DNA of 64,000 nucleotides from a virus (Duplodnaviria; Caudoviricetes): IMG/VR virus record IMGVR_UViG_3300021256_000079, positions 1 to 64,000 of that record; one strand, 5' to 3'. Shown piece by piece: positions 58,763 to 64,000 of this stretch (position 1 is its first letter; each line of letters starts with the position of its first letter). The notes under the pieces were generated by a model. It saw only the letters and a program-made list of their open reading frames with translations, ran no database searches and was not told where the DNA came from. The position numbers and the translations under genes were made by a program.

Positions 58763-61561
58763 ATGGATTACCAAGATCGGAATGATGTGTACATGGACGA
58801 ATTATATTTGTCCGATAGTGCATATCTCGAACACTATGGAACGCCTCGGCATTCTGGACGTTATCCATGGGGTTCTGGCGACAATCCTTATCAGAGACAT
58901 GCCGATTTTCTGGCAAATTACTATAAATTGAAGGATAAGGGTTTGAGTCCAACCGAAATTGCTCGAAGTATGAACATGACCACATCGGTTCTTCGTGCTA
59001 AGGTCTCCTATGCTAACGATACTCTTAGGAGAGAAAGAGCTTCTCAGGCAATGAAGCTCAAAGAAAAGGGATATTCTAATACTGCAATAGCCAAAAGAAT
59101 GAATTTGCCTAACGAAAGCTCAGTTCGAGCCCTTCTTAAAGAGAAGAGTGATATTCGTGCTCAGCAGACAGAAAATTTGATGAAAGTTCTTAAGGCAACA
59201 GTTGAGGAAAAGAAGTATGTCGATGTTGGTGGTGGTTCCGAACTTCGGCTTAATGTCAGTGAGACAAAATTGAAGAATGCATGTGTTCTTCTTGAAGAAG
59301 AAGGATATAAAATAACCACATTTAAAACACAGCAAGCTGGAACTCCTTATAAAACCACGATTAAGGTGCTTACAAAGGCTGATGTTCCGAGATCGGAAAT
59401 CAACCAACATCGTGGTGATATTGCTATTCCTAATTATTATTCAGAAGATCATGGTTTTACACTTAATAAAGTCGAGAGACCTGTTCCAGTAGATGGAAGC
59501 CGCATTTATATTCGCTATGGTGAAGAAGGCGGAAAAGAACGGGATGGCACAATTGAACTTCGTCGTGGTGTGGAAGATCTTGATTTGCATAATGCATTAT
59601 ATGCTCAGGTGAGAATTGCCGCAAAACAGCCTGGAACCGAAGGTGATGGAACACATTACCTTAAAGGCATGGCCTTATATGGAGACGATAAGGATTTTCC
59701 TCCTGGAGTCGACATTATATTTAACACCAAGAAACCTAAGGGAACAGAGATATTTGGTAAAGACACAGACACATCAGTGTTGAAACCAATCAAAGAAACA
59801 GCCGATCCTGACAACCCATTCGGAGCAACCATCAAAGACGATGTAGATCTCATAAAAGCACAGAGACATTATATTGGTGCCGATGGTGAAAAACATCTTT
59901 CAGCACTTAATATTGTCAATGAGGAAGGTAACTGGAACGAATGGTCTAGAACTCTTTCTAGTCAGTTCTTAGCAAAGCAGAATCCTTCACTTATTCGTAG
60001 TCAGCTTAAAGAAGCATATGATATGCGCAAAGAAGAATTCGATGAAATTGGTAAAATGACCAATCCGGCTGTTCGTAAGAAATTATATTCTTCATTCGCC
60101 GATGACTGTGATTCAGCAGCTGTTCATCTTAAAGGTGCTTCAATGCCAAGACAAAGGAGCCAAGTTATATTACCGATGCCTTGGCTAAAGGAAGACGAAG
60201 TGTATGCTCCAAATTTCCATGATGGAGAAACTGTAGTTCTCATTAGATATCCTCATTCTGGTACTTTTGAGATCCCGGAATTGAAGGTTAACAATCGAGA
60301 TCCTAAAGCTAAAGAGATATTAAAGACTCCCGATGGAAGAGATGCCATGGATGCTATAGGTATTCATCCAGCAGCTGCACAAAAACTGTCTGGTGCTGAT
60401 TTCGATGGCGATACAGTTTTGGTTATTCCTAACAATGATCGAAGAATTCGTAGTACACCTCTTATGGAGTCTCTTAGAAACTTCGATCCTGACATGTATC
60501 AGCTTCCACATGATGCACCTAAGGTTGATGCTAAGCATGGCTTTCATAAGCAGCAAGAAATGGGTAAGGTTTCTAACCTTATTACAGACATGACTATTAA
60601 AGGTGCCGATCTTGAAGAGATAGCTCGTGCTGTTAAACACTCAATGGTAGTCATCGATGCTGAAAAGCATCACCTTGACTGGAGAAAGTCATTTGAGGAC
60701 AATGGTATTGCTGAACTTAAGACTAAATACCAAGGTAGAGCTGATGCTGGTGCATCTACTCTTATTTCCAGATCTAAGGGTCAAGCACATCCTTTGGATC
60801 GAAAGCTCTTAACTAATCCTAAGCTCATGACTAAGGAGCAAAGAGAACGTTTCTACAACGGTGAGAATATTTATGTAGAAACTGGACGAACCAGAATCGA
60901 TAGGAAGACAGGCAAAGAGGTACCAATTCGCATATCCTCCACGAAGATGGCTGAAGCCAAAGATGCTTTCGAACTATCATCTGGCACTCTTCAGGAAACA
61001 ATTTATGCAAATTTTGCAAATCGTCTTAAGAATTTAGCAAATGAAGCTAGAAAAGCTGCCTTATTTACAGAGCCTGACAAGTACAATCCTTCTGCAAAGA
61101 AAGCATATGCTGCTGAAGTCGACTCTCTTAACAAAAAGCTATATTTGGCAGAGCTTAATCGTCCTCTTGAAAGAAAAGCACAGCTTCTTATGGCCCAGAA
61201 ACTTCGTGCATATATGCAAGAGAACGACGATATGACAAGCGATGAAATAAAGAAGCTTAGAGGTAGACTTATCAAAGAAGCCAGAGCTTCTGTTGGCGCA
61301 AAAAAAGATCCTGTAGAGATTACAGATCGAGAATGGGAAGCCATCCAAGCACATGCTGTGTCATATAATACACTGACAAAAATTCTTAATAACAGTGACA
61401 TGGACCATATTAAGCAACTTTCCATGCCTAGAAACACTCCTGTCATGTCTGAAGCTAAGATTGCAAGAGCCAAGAACATGATGAATCAGGGTCGAACTAG
61501 AGAAGAGGTTGCTGAAGCCTTGAATGTCTCCATATCTACACTGCTCAAAGCTATGCTGTAA
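58763..61561 (+). CDS. Single-subunit two-barrel (YonO/cellular RdRP-like) DNA-dependent RNA polymerase with HTH domains
   Basis: LIRYPHSG and LSGADFDGD catalytic motifs; MGKVSNL...HSMVVIDAEK helices; two N-terminal and one C-terminal HTH. Confidence 0.85.
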   Translation: MDYQDRNDVYMDELYLSDSAYLEHYGTPRHSGRYPWGSGDNPYQRHADFLANYYKLKDKGLSPTEIARSMNMTTSVLRAKVSYANDTLRRERASQAMKLKEKGYSNTAIAKRMNLPNESSVRALLKEKSDIRAQQTENLMKVLKATVEEKKYVDVGGGSELRLNVSETKLKNACVLLEEEGYKITTFKTQQAGTPYKTTIKVLTKADVPRSEINQHRGDIAIPNYYSEDHGFTLNKVERPVPVDGSRIYIRYGEEGGKERDGTIELRRGVEDLDLHNALYAQVRIAAKQPGTEGDGTHYLKGMALYGDDKDFPPGVDIIFNTKKPKGTEIFGKDTDTSVLKPIKETADPDNPFGATIKDDVDLIKAQRHYIGADGEKHLSALNIVNEEGNWNEWSRTLSSQFLAKQNPSLIRSQLKEAYDMRKEEFDEIGKMTNPAVRKKLYSSFADDCDSAAVHLKGASMPRQRSQVILPMPWLKEDEVYAPNFHDGETVVLIRYPHSGTFEIPELKVNNRDPKAKEILKTPDGRDAMDAIGIHPAAAQKLSGADFDGDTVLVIPNNDRRIRSTPLMESLRNFDPDMYQLPHDAPKVDAKHGFHKQQEMGKVSNLITDMTIKGADLEEIARAVKHSMVVIDAEKHHLDWRKSFEDNGIAELKTKYQGRADAGASTLISRSKGQAHPLDRKLLTNPKLMTKEQRERFYNGENIYVETGRTRIDRKTGKEVPIRISSTKMAEAKDAFELSSGTLQETIYANFANRLKNLANEARKAALFTEPDKYNPSAKKAYAAEVDSLNKKLYLAELNRPLERKAQLLMAQKLRAYMQENDDMTSDEIKKLRGRLIKEARASVGAKKDPVEITDREWEAIQAHAVSYNTLTKILNNSDMDHIKQLSMPRNTPVMSEAKIARAKNMMNQGRTREEVAEALNVSISTLLKAML

Positions 61562-61614
61562 GTGTAAGGTATAGAGACTCAAGGCTTTTTGATCGCAAAC
61601 AAGGAGGTTTTGGT

Positions 61615-61881
61615 ATGGACACAATTGCTTACTCCGAAGTCGCCTTGAGCACATCAGACAATCCGTATAGTCCTCTTACAGACTATGATAGTTGGTATGC
61701 CTATGATCATCAGAAAGGCTACAATACTTCTGAATACCTTGCACGAATTGTGAGAACAACCAATGAGTATGGTGACAATACATATTTGGAAGACATTGAG
61801 AGAGCAATAGATGAAGCTGTTCTTCTCAATCTAATCTCATGGACTCATGAAGGTGTCTCTTACATTAAAGTTGTTGCCTAA
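61615..61881 (+). CDS. Conserved phage hypothetical protein
   Basis: AAGGAGG RBS; DNPYSP...W..YD..KGY.T..YLARI. Confidence 0.7.
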   Translation: MDTIAYSEVALSTSDNPYSPLTDYDSWYAYDHQKGYNTSEYLARIVRTTNEYGDNTYLEDIERAIDEAVLLNLISWTHEGVSYIKVVA

Positions 61882-62048
61882 CTAATCCAACTAAACACTG
61901 AACTCATGGCTCTTCAAAGCTGTGACATGTTTAAAAGTCTTACTAATGATTGAGCTTCAATGGTCAAAGTCTAAGAAACTTTAAGAAACTGAATTCAATT
62001 ATGACTAAATAAAACATGACATGGCTGAATAAAATAAAAAATTCAAAT

Positions 62049-62118
62049 AGGGGGGAGGGTGTCGCCAAAAATGCCCTCCCCCTTGAATCGCGCCGGTCTT
62101 ATATTTTTCCCCGGGGGT
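62049..62118. other. Putative cos / genome-end region (CGCCGGTCT at 62091-62099)
   Basis: GC-rich hairpin GGGGAGGGTGT/ATGCCCTCCCC, the 9-mer, then TTTTTCCCCGGGG, in the gap between the replication module and the TerS-like/HNH genes. Confidence 0.55.
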
Positions 62119-62366
62119 TATATTTGGCTTTTTCCCTTCGTATGAAGGAGCACTTGCTGAATTTTTTTGGTGAGTGAAGCGACATGTACTTTTGAAACGA
62201 GTGTCGGATTTATTTCCTGTCCAGATACTGGTCCCATCTGTACTCCTTTCAGAGTCCGGCACTCCTTTCAAAAGTACATTCAAACTATACAAAAACGATA
62301 TTTATCGAGTTATGGAACCGACAGCAAAAGCATACGGAACCAGATCTAAAGTGAGGTGAAAGGCGC

Positions 62367-62711
62367 ATGGCTGTCAGTAAGAAAAATTCAAGCGGAACAG
62401 TTCAGCGCAAATTCGCACCTGCTACAGATACTGAAGCTCGAGAGAATCAGCTCATTAGTCTTGCTGTCGATGCTGCTGAACGAGAGTTACTGAAAGATAA
62501 TCCATCGAACCAAGTTGTTCTTCATTTCTTAAAGTTGGGTACAACAAAGTTGCAGCTGGAGAAAGAAAAACTTAGAAGAGAGAATTTACTTCTTGAGGCT
62601 AAGGCAAATGCTATTGAGGCTTCTGCTAGAACAGAGGAGCTTTACCAGAATGCAATAGATGCAATGCGGATTTATTCGGGTTCTTTGAATCGAGGCGATG
62701 AGTTTGAATAA
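62367..62711 (+). CDS. Putative terminase small subunit
   Basis: EARENQLISLA...HFLKLG..coiled coil; first gene after the putative cos and next to an HNH gene. Confidence 0.55.
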   Translation: MAVSKKNSSGTVQRKFAPATDTEARENQLISLAVDAAERELLKDNPSNQVVLHFLKLGTTKLQLEKEKLRRENLLLEAKANAIEASARTEELYQNAIDAMRIYSGSLNRGDEFE

Positions 62712-63120
62712 TCTCAGGTGCTATAGAGAACTCATTAGACTAAAAACTTTCGATGAAAGATTCGAGTACTTAAAACTAAAGGGAATTGTTGGAGAAGCAA
62801 CTTTTGGGTATGACCGATATTTAAATCAACTGCTATACACATCAGGTGAGTGGCGGAGAATTAGACGAGACATTATTCTTAGGGACAATGGATGCGATCT
62901 TGCTGTTAAAGGATACGATATTCCAGACATTATTATAGTACACCATATGAATCCAATAAGTGTTGAAGACTTAATAGACTTTTCTGAGGACGTTATTAAT
63001 CCTGAGTATCTAATTTGTGTTTCACATGATACCCATAATGCTATTCATTACGGAGATAAAGGTCTCCTGACTAGAGAACCAATAGAAAGAAAACCGGGTG
63101 ATACATGTCCCTGGAAGTAA
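62698..63120 (+). CDS. HNH endonuclease (packaging-associated)
   Basis: WRRIR..I.RDNGCDL, VHHMNP, LICVSHDTHNAIH. Confidence 0.85.
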   Translation: MSLNNLRCYRELIRLKTFDERFEYLKLKGIVGEATFGYDRYLNQLLYTSGEWRRIRRDIILRDNGCDLAVKGYDIPDIIIVHHMNPISVEDLIDFSEDVINPEYLICVSHDTHNAIHYGDKGLLTREPIERKPGDTCPWK

Positions 63121-63135
63121 TAGGAGGATGCTTAT

Positions 63136-63606
63136 ATGAGTAAGTATGGCTTTAATGAAAACGAAGTTAAGAAGACAATCGTAACTATGATCGACAAAGA
63201 TGGCTTTCATAAAGAGACTGTTTATGACGGTAAGTATGAAGCTGGCAGTACGGCGGAATTCAATGCTGATGGGTACATTTATGACAATTCTGTTGCTGGA
63301 GCAAAAGAAACCGTAATATTTGTAATAAATGTACCGGATAACGTCGAAGTTATCGGAACTAGTAGTAATACTGATAGTGACTACGAGCTGGATATTGGAG
63401 ATAATACACAAGATGAGCCAGAGATCGCTATCATGTATCGTTCTTTTACTGTACTTCCTACGATACAAGCAGCATGTTATACACAAATATCGACTGACGG
63501 CAAAGTTGGTGCAATAGCTCCCGAGCACTTTTATCAGATATACGCTGTTGATTCAACATCACATAAAGTTCTAAAACGAGTTAAGATAGAACTAACAGAA
63601 GACTAA
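63136..63606 (+). CDS. Hypothetical protein with shared MSKxGF...IDKDGF N-terminus
   Basis: AGGAGG RBS. Confidence 0.7.
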   Translation: MSKYGFNENEVKKTIVTMIDKDGFHKETVYDGKYEAGSTAEFNADGYIYDNSVAGAKETVIFVINVPDNVEVIGTSSNTDSDYELDIGDNTQDEPEIAIMYRSFTVLPTIQAACYTQISTDGKVGAIAPEHFYQIYAVDSTSHKVLKRVKIELTED

Positions 63607-63623
63607 TATGGAGGAACTGACTT

Positions 63624-63800
63624 ATGGAATCATATACGGTCCATGAATTCAAGCGAGGAGATATTCTTCTTGCTAGTCAGCTTAACGAAATGGATGAACA
63701 GATCGCTTCTTTGACAAGAGATGCTCAAGCCGGTGGAGCGTATAAGATTACAGAAGGTTCCACAGGTATCGAGATATTCGACAATACGACAAACGCCTAA
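63624..63800 (+). CDS. Small probable structural protein (58 aa, not in the ORF track)
   Basis: GGAGG RBS; MESYTVHEFKRGDILLASQLNEMDEQI. Confidence 0.55.
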   Translation: MESYTVHEFKRGDILLASQLNEMDEQIASLTRDAQAGGAYKITEGSTGIEIFDNTTNA

Positions 63801-63818
63801 AGAGAGGAGAAAATAGTA

Positions 63819-64000
63819 ATGAGTAAGTATGGGTTTAATGAAAACGAGATAGTTAAGACCATTATTACAAAGATTGATAAAGATGGTTTTCATAAAAAAG
63901 AAGTATTTGAAGGAAACGTTGATGGTGGTTGGAGTTCTTCAGATATTACATATGCAACTATGACTGTCGCTTCGGGCGGGAGTGCAGTTGAAATGAGTCT
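63819..64000 (+). CDS. Partial ORF with shared MSKYGF...IDKDGF N-terminus (runs off the window)
   Basis: AGGAG RBS; MSKYGFNENEIVKTIITKIDKDGFHKKEVFEG. Confidence 0.7.
   Translation, partial: MSKYGFNENEIVKTIITKIDKDGFHKKEVFEGNVDGGWSSSDITYATMTVASGGSAVEMS

Noticed and set aside
58763-61561. RNA-dependent RNA polymerase or reverse transcriptase
   Set aside because: No palm-domain GDD/YxDD context; two-barrel homologs in DNA phages such as YonO are DNA-dependent.
1-64000. Alternative genetic code
   Set aside because: The standard code gives long intact ORFs and dense gene packing.

Overview
The window is a 64-kb segment of a temperate tailed-phage genome, probably infecting a Firmicute (Clostridia-like host inferred from strong AAGGAGG ribosome-binding sites and the tRNA-Cys-type att core). 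All credible genes except the integrase are on the + strand. Order: tail-fibre, lysis and surface-protein genes (1-18.5 kb); early/middle genes with nucleotide metabolism (18.7-27.4 kb); a tRNA-Cys 3'-half attP plus tyrosine integrase (27.4-29.0 kb); an array of promoter-gene-terminator cassettes (29-33 kb); many small and membrane proteins (33-50 kb); a repeat-rich putative origin, a fused helicase-primase-PolB, SSB, SF2 helicase and nucleases (51-58.7 kb); a single-subunit DFDGD RNA polymerase with HTH domains (58.8-61.6 kb); and a putative cos site, TerS-like gene and HNH gene (62-63 kb). Reading through both an intact attP and the putative cos suggests a circular or permuted free-phage assembly rather than a prophage. 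Strongest candidate for a new system: a ~660-bp non-coding array with a G at every fifth base (36666-37325) in the same operon as a stand-alone Cas7/RAMP-fold gene (37631-38242), with no CRISPR repeats or other cas genes. Other notable signals: 21 copies of a 25-bp promoter-like motif, several structured small RNAs starting at that motif (one tRNA-like), and a membrane-anchored protein carrying a 55%-identical copy of an RNA polymerase segment. All calls come from reading motifs by eye; no database searches were run.
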